DNA of 64,000 nucleotides from Promethearchaeota archaeon (GCA_014728035.1 WJMJ01000131.1:64001-128000); one strand, 5' to 3'; shown: positions 28,729-38,359, counted from the stretch's first letter. Notes: a model not told the origin generated them from the sequence alone. Translations and numbers: made by a program.

Positions 28729-30016
28729 ATGGCAGATTACAAAGTCAAAGACATCGACCTTGCTGAAGAAGGAAGGATGTTAATTGAATATGCAGAGAAA
28801 CACATGCCAGTCCTCATGCATCTTAGAGAGAAATATTCCCAATCAAAACCTCTCAAGGGTATGAGAATAGCTGGGTGCCTCCATGTCACTAAAGAAACAG
28901 CTGTTCTTGTAGAAACACTCCAAGCAGTTGGAGCAGAAGTGGCTTGGTCAGGTTGTAACCCATTATCTACCAACGATAAAGTTGCAGCTGGATTAGCCGC
29001 GAATGACGTTCCGGTGTTTGCATGGCATGGACTGAATACAGAAGAATATTATTGGTGTATTGAAGAAACCCTGAAGAGAGAACCAACTCTTACTCTTGAT
29101 GATGGTGCGGATCTGATTTTCACATTGCACAACAAACATCAAGACCTTATCCCAAATTTGTACGGTGGCTCGGAAGAAACAACTACAGGTGTGATTCGTG
29201 TTAGAGCAATGGCAGAAGATGGTGCACTGAAGTACCCGATAATGGCAGTAAATGATGCGGACACAAAACACCTGTTTGATAACAGATATGGAACTGGACA
29301 GAGCGTCTTTGATGGGGTTCTTAGAGCATCAGCAATTCTGATTGCTGGAAAAACAGTGGTTATTGGAGGATATGGCTTCTGCGGCAGAGGTATGGCTGAA
29401 CGTGCAAGAGGCCTTGGTGCAAATGTCATCGTTACAGAGGTTGATCCTGTAAGAGGTTTACAGGCAAGAATGGACGGATACAGAGTCATGAAAATGGATG
29501 AGGCAGCTTCTGAAGGTGATTTGTTTCTAACAGCAACTGGAATGAAGGATGTCATAACTGGCGAGCATATGAAAGTCATGAAAGATGGTGCATTGATGGG
29601 AAATGCAGGACACTATAATGTAGAAATTAACGAACCGCACCTGATTGAGCTAAGTACAGGTAAACGCCGTGTTCGACACGCTCTTGACGAGTACAAGATG
29701 AAAGATGGCCGACGCCTCTATCTACTAGGCGAAGGTCGACTAGTCAATCTTGCGGCTGCCGAGGGTCATCCTAGTGAGAGGCAAGCATTTGGTGCTGCTT
29801 CCTAGAAAAGTGATGGACCTCTCGTTCGCAGGACAACTCAATGCAATGATCTGGATGGCAAAACACGGTAAAGACCTGAAACCAGCTGTCTATGAGTTTC
29901 CAGAAGAATTAGACAAGCAGACTGCAATGGCAAAACTTGAAACCATGGGAATCAAAATCGACAAGTGGACTCCAGAACAAGAAGCATATGCTAAAGCCTA
30001 TGCAGAAGGAACTTGA
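28729..30016 (+). CDS. ahcY: S-adenosyl-L-homocysteine hydrolase, join(28729..29776,29808..30016), 418 aa after removal of a 31-nt intron
   Basis: GCLH, SGCNPLST, LDDGAD, EETTTG, KHLFDNRYGTGQS, GYGFCG, GRLVNL...EGHPS in ORF 28720-29805; continuation VMDLSF...KWTPEQEAY in the +1 frame (ORF 29750-30016). Confidence 0.95.
29777..29807 (+). other. Putative BHB-type pre-mRNA intron (31 nt) in ahcY
   Basis: CTAG(29771-74)/CTAG(29802-05) 4-bp helix flanked by 3-nt bulges TGA(29775-77) and AAA(29806-08). Inner stem GAGGC-a-AGCA/TGCT-GCTTC. Excision gives AGT GAA GTG ATG = S-E-V-M. Confidence 0.85.
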
Positions 30017-30067
30017 TAGATGAGTTCCAAGCGGCAGAGTCTAGCCAAATCCGGTACAGGAGTGCCC

Positions 30068-30367
30068 TTAAGCTCTCCTGTACTCTTTTACTTTCATCAT
30101 AATTTTGTAACCATCAATTCCCATAGCACGAAGATATGCATCCAAAGGAAGAATATCTCCTTCATCAGAACGGATACCAACAAGGTATTCTGCTACCACC
30201 TGTGTTACTTCACGAATCAACCGTTTCTCTTTTCCAAATAATTTTGCAAAGAATCCCCAATCAAATATTCGCATATGCTTCTTCATCGCAGATGGGTCTT
30301 GTTTAATTTTTTTCTGAACTTCCTTGACAACATAGTCAACGAGTTCCTGTCGAGAGGATTTTGTCAA
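30068..30367 (-). CDS. Hypothetical protein
   Basis: 99-aa ORF with protein-like composition filling the gap; no recognised motif. Confidence 0.6.
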   Translation of the reverse strand: MTKSSRQELVDYVVKEVQKKIKQDPSAMKKHMRIFDWGFFAKLFGKEKRLIREVTQVVAEYLVGIRSDEGDILPLDAYLRAMGIDGYKIMMKVKEYRRA

Positions 30368-30566
30368 AGGATATCACTGAAAGAATGTGCTTTCAAGAGA
30401 ATATAAGGAATCGTTGTTCAGAAGAAGTCGAAAGATGGAAAATAAATCAATGAGAACTTATTGTCAAGCAAACTTACCGAAATGTAACTTCAAGCATTCA
30501 AGAGAAAACAGATAACAAAGGACTTTTCAGGAATGAAAATGAAATATAGTTAATGAGGTTAGAAAT

Positions 30567-30818
30567 TTGGACGATAAAAAGATAGGTGAAATTTCACAAT
30601 ATTTCCACAACATCAGTGTAGCCGCAATCATGCTTAGTGACGAACTCAAAGAAGGAGACCAAATACACATCAAAGGTGCAACCACCGACTTTAAACAAAA
30701 GGTCAAGTCCATGGAGATAGAACGCGAGTCTGTTGAAAAAGGAGAAAAAGGACAGGAAATTGCAATCAAAGTCAAAGATCGTGTAAGAGAGAATGATGAA
30801 GTCTTCCTAGTCGAATAA
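30567..30818 (+). CDS. Small translation-elongation-factor-like beta-barrel protein
   Basis: IGEISQYFHNISVA...LKEGDQIHIKG...VKSMEI...KGQEIAIKVKDRVRENDEV. Confidence 0.8.
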   Translation: MDDKKIGEISQYFHNISVAAIMLSDELKEGDQIHIKGATTDFKQKVKSMEIERESVEKGEKGQEIAIKVKDRVRENDEVFLVE

Positions 30819-30875
30819 CATTACAAACTTATTCTGATTGTCAGGAGAGGGAAGGATTTCTTCCCTACTCCAGTT

Positions 30876-32522
30876 CTAAAACATAGCAAATAGAACACCT
30901 TGCGGGAGCACTAACAGCTGTAAGAGAAAAGCTTGGAATACAGCAGTCAAGATAGTTCGATTCCCCAATCTCTGGATAATGTTACCACCGACCATTACCA
31001 AAGCTAGAATCAACAGACCTTGAAGAGACCCAATCATTCCAGATGTTGATCCAAGAGCGTACCATAATCCGGTCAAAAAGAAGAAGGGAAGGAATCCTAT
31101 CAAGGTGTTCCATATCAACAGACGAGAGCCTTCAACCTCTCGTTTCAAGGCAATCTGAAATTCAACTTGACCAACATAGAACCCAATTGTGGTAAATATT
31201 GTAAAGATAATCAACCACACAAAACGCTCATTCAGAGGGAAAATGAAGTATATACCAGACCTACCAAATATCGCAGACCAGAGTATGATAGCCGATGCAA
31301 CAACAAGTGCTAGAAGGAATTTTGAATTGGTCAAAGAAGAGATATCGAATTGCATATCCAACTTGAAGTTTCCTTTAGTTCCTCCTACTTTTCCCTGCCA
31401 ATAGAGAATCATGAAGAGAATTCCATAGCTGCCTATGAAACCAACATATACTATATTGAATACAGGAATACCGATAGGAATCATGAAAAAGACCATTGCA
31501 AGTAAAATGAATATGGGAATCGCACCTAGCCACAGAACTAATTTTCGCGTGAGGAACTTTCGTTCATCAACTATTTCAATTCCATACTCCCCGCGTCCGG
31601 AATCATAAGTGCTCATAAGGGGATCAGCAAATCCAAGCAGCAAGAAGATACCGATTATCCCTGTTAGCCAGAGTGCTTTTCGAACAACTGCAGTATTTGG
31701 ATAACTTGGAGGAGATATGGAAAATGTGTCAGCGATAAAATTCTTTGAGATATCTATTGCCTCGGGATTGTAAACCTCATAGTTATGAAACAGCCACGGA
31801 AGAATAACTAATTCTCGTGAATAAGTAGATGTGCCACCTTCTGTGAGATTATTGAGAAGCAGTTGTGCAGATTCAGGTGGTAAGATATCATCGAATTCTC
31901 CAATTAGTAGAAGTATGTCTGTGGACGGAGTGGAACCGTTCAAAGACTGTACCCATTCAAGATTTGCATCTTGCACACCAGTAAAGAACTCAGATTGTAC
32001 ATTTGTTGCCAGACTCACCTGTGTTCCAAAAAGAACCAATCCTGCAACATTTGCGGTATCAATTACCGCAGATTGTAATGCCACTCTAGATCCCATACTA
32101 TGCCCGAAGATAACAATTTGCGAGTCGCCTAGCCCGGATAATGTTTTGAATTGCTCTTTAGCTTCAAGGGCTTGCAATGCTAATCTATCGGTTGCTGCGT
32201 TATCAAATCCAAGTGCTCCTGGAGACCTACCATGACCCGAGAAGTCAAAAGTGAAAATATGAAGGCCCATCCGGTAGTATTCAGAAACCAGACTTTGTAA
32301 TGCAGTCTGGTCACTTCCAAATCCCTCAAGTAACAATACACCTGCTTCTTCTGAACCTTCGTAGTATGAACCGACCAGTAAGTCGTGATTCTCATCATAG
32401 AATTCAATTTTTTGAGGGGGAACAATATCAGAATCTAATGCAACAAGACCGATAACAGAGGAAATTGCCAACAGTCCACCAATCATGGTAATAACAATCA
32501 AAGATTTCTTAGAAACATTCAT
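30876..32522 (-). CDS. Membrane-bound alpha/beta hydrolase with multi-TM C-terminus
   Basis: DFSGHGRS, GHSMG, GEFDD, H motif; same architecture as 24247-26001. Confidence 0.82.
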   Translation of the reverse strand: MNVSKKSLIVITMIGGLLAISSVIGLVALDSDIVPPQKIEFYDENHDLLVGSYYEGSEEAGVLLLEGFGSDQTALQSLVSEYYRMGLHIFTFDFSGHGRSPGALGFDNAATDRLALQALEAKEQFKTLSGLGDSQIVIFGHSMGSRVALQSAVIDTANVAGLVLFGTQVSLATNVQSEFFTGVQDANLEWVQSLNGSTPSTDILLLIGEFDDILPPESAQLLLNNLTEGGTSTYSRELVILPWLFHNYEVYNPEAIDISKNFIADTFSISPPSYPNTAVVRKALWLTGIIGIFLLLGFADPLMSTYDSGRGEYGIEIVDERKFLTRKLVLWLGAIPIFILLAMVFFMIPIGIPVFNIVYVGFIGSYGILFMILYWQGKVGGTKGNFKLDMQFDISSLTNSKFLLALVVASAIILWSAIFGRSGIYFIFPLNERFVWLIIFTIFTTIGFYVGQVEFQIALKREVEGSRLLIWNTLIGFLPFFFLTGLWYALGSTSGMIGSLQGLLILALVMVGGNIIQRLGNRTILTAVFQAFLLQLLVLPQGVLFAMF

Positions 32523-32612
32523 GTCGAGTCACTTGACCATTGATGAAACTATCACTATTTGTTTATTGTCTATGAAAAAATAGTTTATAGGACGTTGTTT
32601 AAGGGAGAGAGT

Positions 32613-33008
32613 ATGAGTGTTTCATCAAGTATGAGAGTAGCATTTGTAATCATTATACTTAGTTTTGGATTGCCGTTTGTTTTTCTATTCTTTCTCTTCG
32701 AATATTTGGGGATAGCAGAATACGTTTTTCCGACCCTCTTACCAATTATTGGTTTTACATTTCTATTGTTAATTGTCATCTTTGGACTTGTATTTGGAGC
32801 AATTAGATGGTCAACTGGAAAGATTGGTACCGTATACTCACAACAATATTCAACATATACAACACCGAAACAAAAGAGATACTACTTGGTTCCGGTCCAA
32901 TGTCCACACTGTGATAGAGAGATAGAATTGGGACGTGCAGAATGGAGAGATAACAGAACGATGATTTGTTCACGTTGCTTTACAGATATACAAATCCAAA
33001 GATCATAG
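32613..33008 (+). CDS. Two-TM protein with C-terminal zinc ribbon
   Basis: Two hydrophobic helices then CPHC...CSRC. Confidence 0.7.
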   Translation: MSVSSSMRVAFVIIILSFGLPFVFLFFLFEYLGIAEYVFPTLLPIIGFTFLLLIVIFGLVFGAIRWSTGKIGTVYSQQYSTYTTPKQKRYYLVPVQCPHCDREIELGRAEWRDNRTMICSRCFTDIQIQRS

Positions 33009-33018
33009 TTAACAAATC

Positions 33019-33061
33019 AAAAAAAGAAGATTGTGTATCTGGAAGAATCACAGATACACAA
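33019..33061 (-). terminator. Hairpin plus T-tract
   Basis: TTGTGTATCTG/CAGATACACAA 11-bp stem with an A7 tract on the plus strand, 3' of the 33071 gene. Confidence 0.7.
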
Positions 33062-33070
33062 AAGACCAAA

Positions 33071-34024
33071 CTAACCTACTCCAACAACTTCAAAGTCATC
33101 AAAGTCCTCTGGGCCCGAGTTGCGTTTTGCCAACATTACTACAACCGCAATGATAACAACTGCACCAACCACACCGATTCCAATAATCATAACTGTACTC
33201 ATATCAAGTGCAACCGGGGGCGCATCAGAACTTGTAGTAGTAGTTTCATCTCCTCCACCAGATCCGAGAGTAATATCAATACCATAGGAAATCGTTACGG
33301 TATCGCTTTGTTCAAGAGCTGAGAAGACACAATACCAAGTTCCAGAGGTTGGTATCTCAAATGGCCCAATTGAGGCTTGATGGAAATCATCTTTAATGGC
33401 ATATCCACTTGCACTGCCACCAGTAGTCCAAGAATTATAATTACTTGAATCACAGATGAAAAAGTTGATTCCATCAGTTGAAAACCAAGTTGAGAAATGA
33501 CCCTCTATTTCATCTCCAGCATCCAGATTGAACGAAATATATGCCCATTCATCAGTTTCAAGAGTTTCACCATTTTCGGTATAATCCCAATTTGAGGTCG
33601 AGTAGAAGGGAGAATTATCGTCATCAATGTCAATTCCAATATCCAAGCTCACACTAGATGAACCGTCTGCATTACTGAAGACAATATGCCATGTGTCAGA
33701 GCTGGGAATAGAAAAGGAAATTCCCAACGTATGCATATCTTCATTGAGTTCATATACCGATGCGCTTCTACCAGCTTCCCACTCGCCCATGTTATAATCA
33801 TCAGCTATGAAGAAGTCAACACCTTGAGTTGCAGAATGCGTTTCAAAGAATCCAGAGATATCGGTACCGACAGACAGGGACCCTGAGACATCATACCATT
33901 CCCCAGCATTTAGTGAAACATTGGTATATTCTTCAGTCCAATCAGCAGCAGCCACATTTTGCGTAGTGCTAGACGATACAAGAACAAATGCAAAAAACAA
34001 AAGTATAATTTTCTTTTTATCCAC
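33071..34024 (-). CDS. Type I membrane protein with two tandem GOLD/p24-like beta-sandwich repeats
   Basis: Signal peptide; repeat G..I.G.F.T....G(V/I).FFI.D..N...W..G...F.IP.S.TW..VFS occurs twice; TM helix; acidic tail. Confidence 0.65.
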   Translation of the reverse strand: MDKKKIILLFFAFVLVSSSTTQNVAAADWTEEYTNVSLNAGEWYDVSGSLSVGTDISGFFETHSATQGVDFFIADDYNMGEWEAGRSASVYELNEDMHTLGISFSIPSSDTWHIVFSNADGSSSVSLDIGIDIDDDNSPFYSTSNWDYTENGETLETDEWAYISFNLDAGDEIEGHFSTWFSTDGINFFICDSSNYNSWTTGGSASGYAIKDDFHQASIGPFEIPTSGTWYCVFSALEQSDTVTISYGIDITLGSGGGDETTTTSSDAPPVALDMSTVMIIGIGVVGAVVIIAVVVMLAKRNSGPEDFDDFEVVGVG

Positions 34025-34181
34025 GGTGTTGTCACCTTTTGTATTCTACAGTAGAAACCTCAAGCCACAAATAGATTTTGGATATTATATTATCAATATA
34101 AAAGAGAAATCGGCTATTGTTTGTAAGGAATTCAGACACGTAAGTTGTATTAATGACAAAACACATGATTTCATGGTTGCA

Positions 34182-36398
34182 ATGAGTGAAATTCCTCCAG
34201 TATGGCAGATGATAAAGGATGCAATTGATGCGCTCGATGGAAGAGCGACTCACGCGGAAATCCGGGAACACATCCAAACAAAATATGGTGACATTTCTGA
34301 TGCTATGATTAAGACCGAGATTAACTTCTGCTCGGTTAACAGCCCAACTAGGATATACGGACCGGAAAATCAAGACCCGCGAAGTACCAGAAATCCAGAT
34401 GAGCGGTACGATTTTTTATTCCGAGTTGAACGCGGGACTGTAATGAAGTATGACCCCCATATTCATGGATACTGGGAGATTGCTCAAGATACGGATGGGA
34501 GAATGGTAGTTAGACAGGACGTAATGGATGATGCTGACGTATTCCTGGAAACTAGAGATCCAGAGGAACTTAGAAGAATCGGAGACCGTCTTGAAGAAAG
34601 ACGAAGATATGTAGAAGCAGAGCTCATGTACCGAATGGCAATCGACCTAGATGAGGAATATCATGCAGCATGGAACAATCTTGCCCTCGTACTGGAGAAA
34701 CAAGGGAGATATGAAGAAGCAAAGGAAGCCTATGAAAAATCTATTGCAATCAATCCAGAAGACCCAGCAACTTGGAGCAATCTTGCTGACGCCTTAATCG
34801 AGATGAAGAGCTTTTCCGATGCTGAAAAGGCCTACAAAAGAGCATTGGACCTTGATAAAGAGAATCCAGTCACGTGGAACAACTATGGACTGGCTCTTGA
34901 AGAACAGGGATTCTACGAAGACGCGGAACGTGCATTCCGAACATCAGTTAGACTAAATCCAAATGATGCGGTCGCATGGGGAAATCTTGGTGATTTGTTA
35001 GAACGAGATGATAGGTTAGATGAGGCTGAAAATGCCTATAGGCGTTCTGTGGACTTAGACCCAGATCATTCGGATGCATGGTACATGTTAGGATGGATAC
35101 TGGAACAGATGGAACGTTATGATGAGGCAATTGAAGCATATAGATGGTCATCAGATATTGATCCAAATGACATAGAAATTTGGAAGAAGCTTGGGGAAGT
35201 GCTGCAATACGAGAACCGCTTCTCAGAAGCGTCGGAAGCATATCGAAGAGCAATTAGGATAGATCCAAATGATCCACATTTGTGGAGGTCTTTTGGATGG
35301 GTTCAGTTGATGACAAACGAGTCGAACACAGCTGAGAAATCATTTCTCAAGGCAATCAGTTATGATTCTAAAGATGTGCTATCACGTATTGGTATCGCAG
35401 TAATTCAAACAGAGGAAGAATATTATAGTCGTACCATAAAGACTTGCGACCAAATTTTATCAATTGAACCAGAGAATCCATATGGATTGGTATTGACTGC
35501 TATCGCAAAATGGAAACAAAACCACATTGAAGAAGCTGAAACACTTCTTGAGAAATCTACAGGTATCCATCCCGATTTCTACCTTGGATGGAGACATTTG
35601 GCTCTGTTTTATCAGGAGCAGAAAAAGCATGAAGAAGCAGAAGAAGCATTCAGAATGGCTCTGGATCTTGAACCAGATTATGCAGATCTCCACTATGAGC
35701 TTGGAGTACTCTTAATGGATTTGGGGAGAAAGAGGGAGGCTCTAGAAGAATTCAAAGAAGCTGTTACTATTGATGGTAAATTCGTGCAAGCATGGGCAAG
35801 ATTAGCGCTTCTAGCTGAAGAATTGGGAATTACAGATCTCATGGAATCAGCAAAGAACACCTACAATGAGGTATCTAAAAAACACAAGAGAAAACGTTCA
35901 CCAGTTCTTATTCCACCGGAAATAGCGGATTATGATGAAGAAGATATGGAAGAGATAGAGTCCAGAAAACGCATTCGTAGGACACACGAGATTCAAGAAC
36001 TAGTAGAAGCAGGACCCTCTCAGACGTTTACAACTGAACTTATTGAGAAATTTGTGAAATGGTTAGAAGAAAAAGGAATTGCTTCAAAACAAGAACCAGA
36101 TCATGTAGATATAATATTCCAAATGAAAAATCGAACTTATGCAACAGAAGTGAAATCTCTAAGAAATGAAATTGAGGACATCAGAGACGCAGTGGGTAGG
36201 TTACTTCAATACAATCTTCTTCCAGACAGAAAACCCGCAGACGTATGGCTCATTCTAGCTGATGAAAAACCAACTGAGGCAGGTCTTGTATGGATAAGCA
36301 ATTTACGTCAAAGAATGAGTGAAGAGAAGTTTCCAGTATACATTGGATGGCAAAAGGATGCAGATTTCATCTTTGATGGTATTGATTTAGGATTCTAA
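34182..36398 (+). CDS. N-terminal wHTH-like domain, TPR array and C-terminal PD-(D/E)xK nuclease-like domain
   Basis: About 12 TPR repeats (AWNNLALVL..QGRYEEA..AY..); C-terminal VDIIF...ATEVKS...IRDAVGRLLQY. Start reassigned to MSEIPPVWQ. Confidence 0.8.
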   Translation: MSEIPPVWQMIKDAIDALDGRATHAEIREHIQTKYGDISDAMIKTEINFCSVNSPTRIYGPENQDPRSTRNPDERYDFLFRVERGTVMKYDPHIHGYWEIAQDTDGRMVVRQDVMDDADVFLETRDPEELRRIGDRLEERRRYVEAELMYRMAIDLDEEYHAAWNNLALVLEKQGRYEEAKEAYEKSIAINPEDPATWSNLADALIEMKSFSDAEKAYKRALDLDKENPVTWNNYGLALEEQGFYEDAERAFRTSVRLNPNDAVAWGNLGDLLERDDRLDEAENAYRRSVDLDPDHSDAWYMLGWILEQMERYDEAIEAYRWSSDIDPNDIEIWKKLGEVLQYENRFSEASEAYRRAIRIDPNDPHLWRSFGWVQLMTNESNTAEKSFLKAISYDSKDVLSRIGIAVIQTEEEYYSRTIKTCDQILSIEPENPYGLVLTAIAKWKQNHIEEAETLLEKSTGIHPDFYLGWRHLALFYQEQKKHEEAEEAFRMALDLEPDYADLHYELGVLLMDLGRKREALEEFKEAVTIDGKFVQAWARLALLAEELGITDLMESAKNTYNEVSKKHKRKRSPVLIPPEIADYDEEDMEEIESRKRIRRTHEIQELVEAGPSQTFTTELIEKFVKWLEEKGIASKQEPDHVDIIFQMKNRTYATEVKSLRNEIEDIRDAVGRLLQYNLLPDRKPADVWLILADEKPTEAGLVWISNLRQRMSEEKFPVYIGWQKDADFIFDGIDLGF

Positions 36399-37606
36399 CT
36401 TTTACGAATAGCAGCCAAGGGTATGTTTCGAACATAACTTTGGTCTGTTTTCCATCCATTTTCATCATGGTTTTCATGGTAAAAGTAGTATGTGAATGCT
36501 GAGTCAAATTGCAGTTGAAGTATTGAAACATCGTCTGCATGTTCCCAGATGAATTCAGATAATTCGGGTGCAAAAGATGGAGAGGATGTGGAAAAGAGAA
36601 CAAATCCATCGTCATCCGATACGAGCTGGCATTCAAAAGGTATTATTTTTGATTTGATAAAATAATGTAGAGTGGAATTATCCAAATCACTATCAGGCCT
36701 GAAGTGCCCCAATATTGCTTGAGGATACGTCAAATCAAATACTGAGCGGTCATAGTATAATTGCTCACCAGGAGCTACTGAATCGCGTATTTTCCTTACT
36801 CTTCGAGAGATTGTGGTAGGATCTCGGTCATGATATTTGCCTAAGTCTTTCTTGGCAATCTTGGAATTGATTGTTAGTTCGCGGAGCAATAATTTGTCGA
36901 GACGATCAAGATCCAATTCATCGTTTAATCTAACTGGCTCAAGTGAGGGATTTTTGTCAAGGGTTTCTAACATTTGGTCCCACATGGTATCGAGAGCACT
37001 CTGTTTAGATCCACGTTCTGATTTCAAATCCGATTCTATTCTCCACGTATTTGATTTCTTATCCCACTGAGAGAAATCTGCAGGAGTTTTAGAAATGTAA
37101 CTAGAATTCTGACACCGGAAACTTTTGAACAAGTCTTGGTCCTGAAGATCTTTGAAGAGTAGATTCATAGAGTCTTCTGTGGAGGGAGGAATGTCGAATT
37201 GAACGTATAATACAGCGCCTTGCGAGTAGGCAACTGTTCGATAATGAGTATATGGATGCTCATCACATAGCATCTTTAGCTTATTCAAACTTTCACGGTT
37301 TGGAACCTGATTGAAAAATACGTGTTTTCTAACAAGACCGAGTCTTTGTGGCAAATACACAGCCTCAATCTCTGTTTGGGTGCGGTTGCCTAGAATAGGA
37401 TCTTTAATCTCTCTATCAACGCGAAGAAATCCCTTTTCTTTCATGTGCATCAATCTTGTACGCACAGTTTCAATAGAAACTGAAATATCAGAATCCTTTG
37501 TCACCGCTGATGCAATCTCATGTAATTTAGATGATGGGTCATTCTTCAATTTGAGAAAGATTTCGTAATCTTTCATGTCGAGATTATAACCCCTCCAAGC
37601 AACCAT
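36395..37606 (-). CDS. Double-HTH (Lrp-like) transcriptional regulator
   Basis: LHEIAS...SIETVRTRL and LDRLDKLLLREL...DPTTISRRVRKI HTH segments. Confidence 0.7.
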   Translation of the reverse strand: MVAWRGYNLDMKDYEIFLKLKNDPSSKLHEIASAVTKDSDISVSIETVRTRLMHMKEKGFLRVDREIKDPILGNRTQTEIEAVYLPQRLGLVRKHVFFNQVPNRESLNKLKMLCDEHPYTHYRTVAYSQGAVLYVQFDIPPSTEDSMNLLFKDLQDQDLFKSFRCQNSSYISKTPADFSQWDKKSNTWRIESDLKSERGSKQSALDTMWDQMLETLDKNPSLEPVRLNDELDLDRLDKLLLRELTINSKIAKKDLGKYHDRDPTTISRRVRKIRDSVAPGEQLYYDRSVFDLTYPQAILGHFRPDSDLDNSTLHYFIKSKIIPFECQLVSDDDGFVLFSTSSPSFAPELSEFIWEHADDVSILQLQFDSAFTYYFYHENHDENGWKTDQSYVRNIPLAAIRKS

Positions 37607-37661
37607 TCAATTTCACCTTTTTATCTTTGTTTTGTCGTTCTTCTGTATCAATGTGTTGTCT

Positions 37662-38165
37662 TTAGTATACTATCAGTGTTGGCTCTCCACCAGAAGATCC
37701 ACCAGGTGGGTCAAATGTGTGACTAACCGTATCGGAATCCCAATATGGAGAGATGAGTAATGCGTCAACATGAATGGTATAATCACCACTCTCAGTCGCA
37801 TAGTCATAGAATACATTTCGTAGGTAAATCGTATCCGCCCATGCAAACACGTGAACTTCATAGCAGAATGCTTTACCAGAGGGCAACTCCAAAGTAATCC
37901 AATAGTAGTACTCGTAAATCAAAGAGCTCGATAAATCGAACCGTATCAATGAGAAGACATCGTTTTCTATCCCATCTCCATCAAGACAGTCATAATACGC
38001 AGCTTCAATTGAAACTTTGATTTCTGGCTCATATAGATAGCTTGCAGGATAAGCACTTACACCAGATACTGAAGACATAACAAATAATAGTGAAAGAAGA
38101 ACACCGAATAAGGCGACTCTAGGACGTATTTTCATACCAGAGCCAATCTTTTTCATCTTTGTCAT
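37662..38165 (-). CDS. Secreted hypothetical protein
   Basis: Signal peptide, DCLDGDGIEND, C-terminal FDPPGG. Confidence 0.7.
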   Translation of the reverse strand: MTKMKKIGSGMKIRPRVALFGVLLSLLFVMSSVSGVSAYPASYLYEPEIKVSIEAAYYDCLDGDGIENDVFSLIRFDLSSSLIYEYYYWITLELPSGKAFCYEVHVFAWADTIYLRNVFYDYATESGDYTIHVDALLISPYWDSDTVSHTFDPPGGSSGGEPTLIVY

Positions 38166-38359
38166 GTTTCCCAGCTCTATTGTGCAGGAAATGCAATGCA
38201 GTATATATATTGTTTCCGGAAAATCCTGCGTGCAGTATTTTCAACACATTTATATATAATATTTGACATTCGTGCAACACAACTAACTGACCTGATTGGG
38301 GCCACCAAGACGGTCTAGCCCTAAGTCAACGAACGACGAACGGGCAATCGGTGATAAGA

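Noticed and set aside
29750-30016. Treating ahcY as a frameshifted pseudogene, two genes, or a ribosomal frameshift
   Set aside because: Restoring the conserved motif needs removal of 31 non-homologous nt, not a 1-nt slip. Both halves are otherwise intact and the insert fits BHB geometry exactly.
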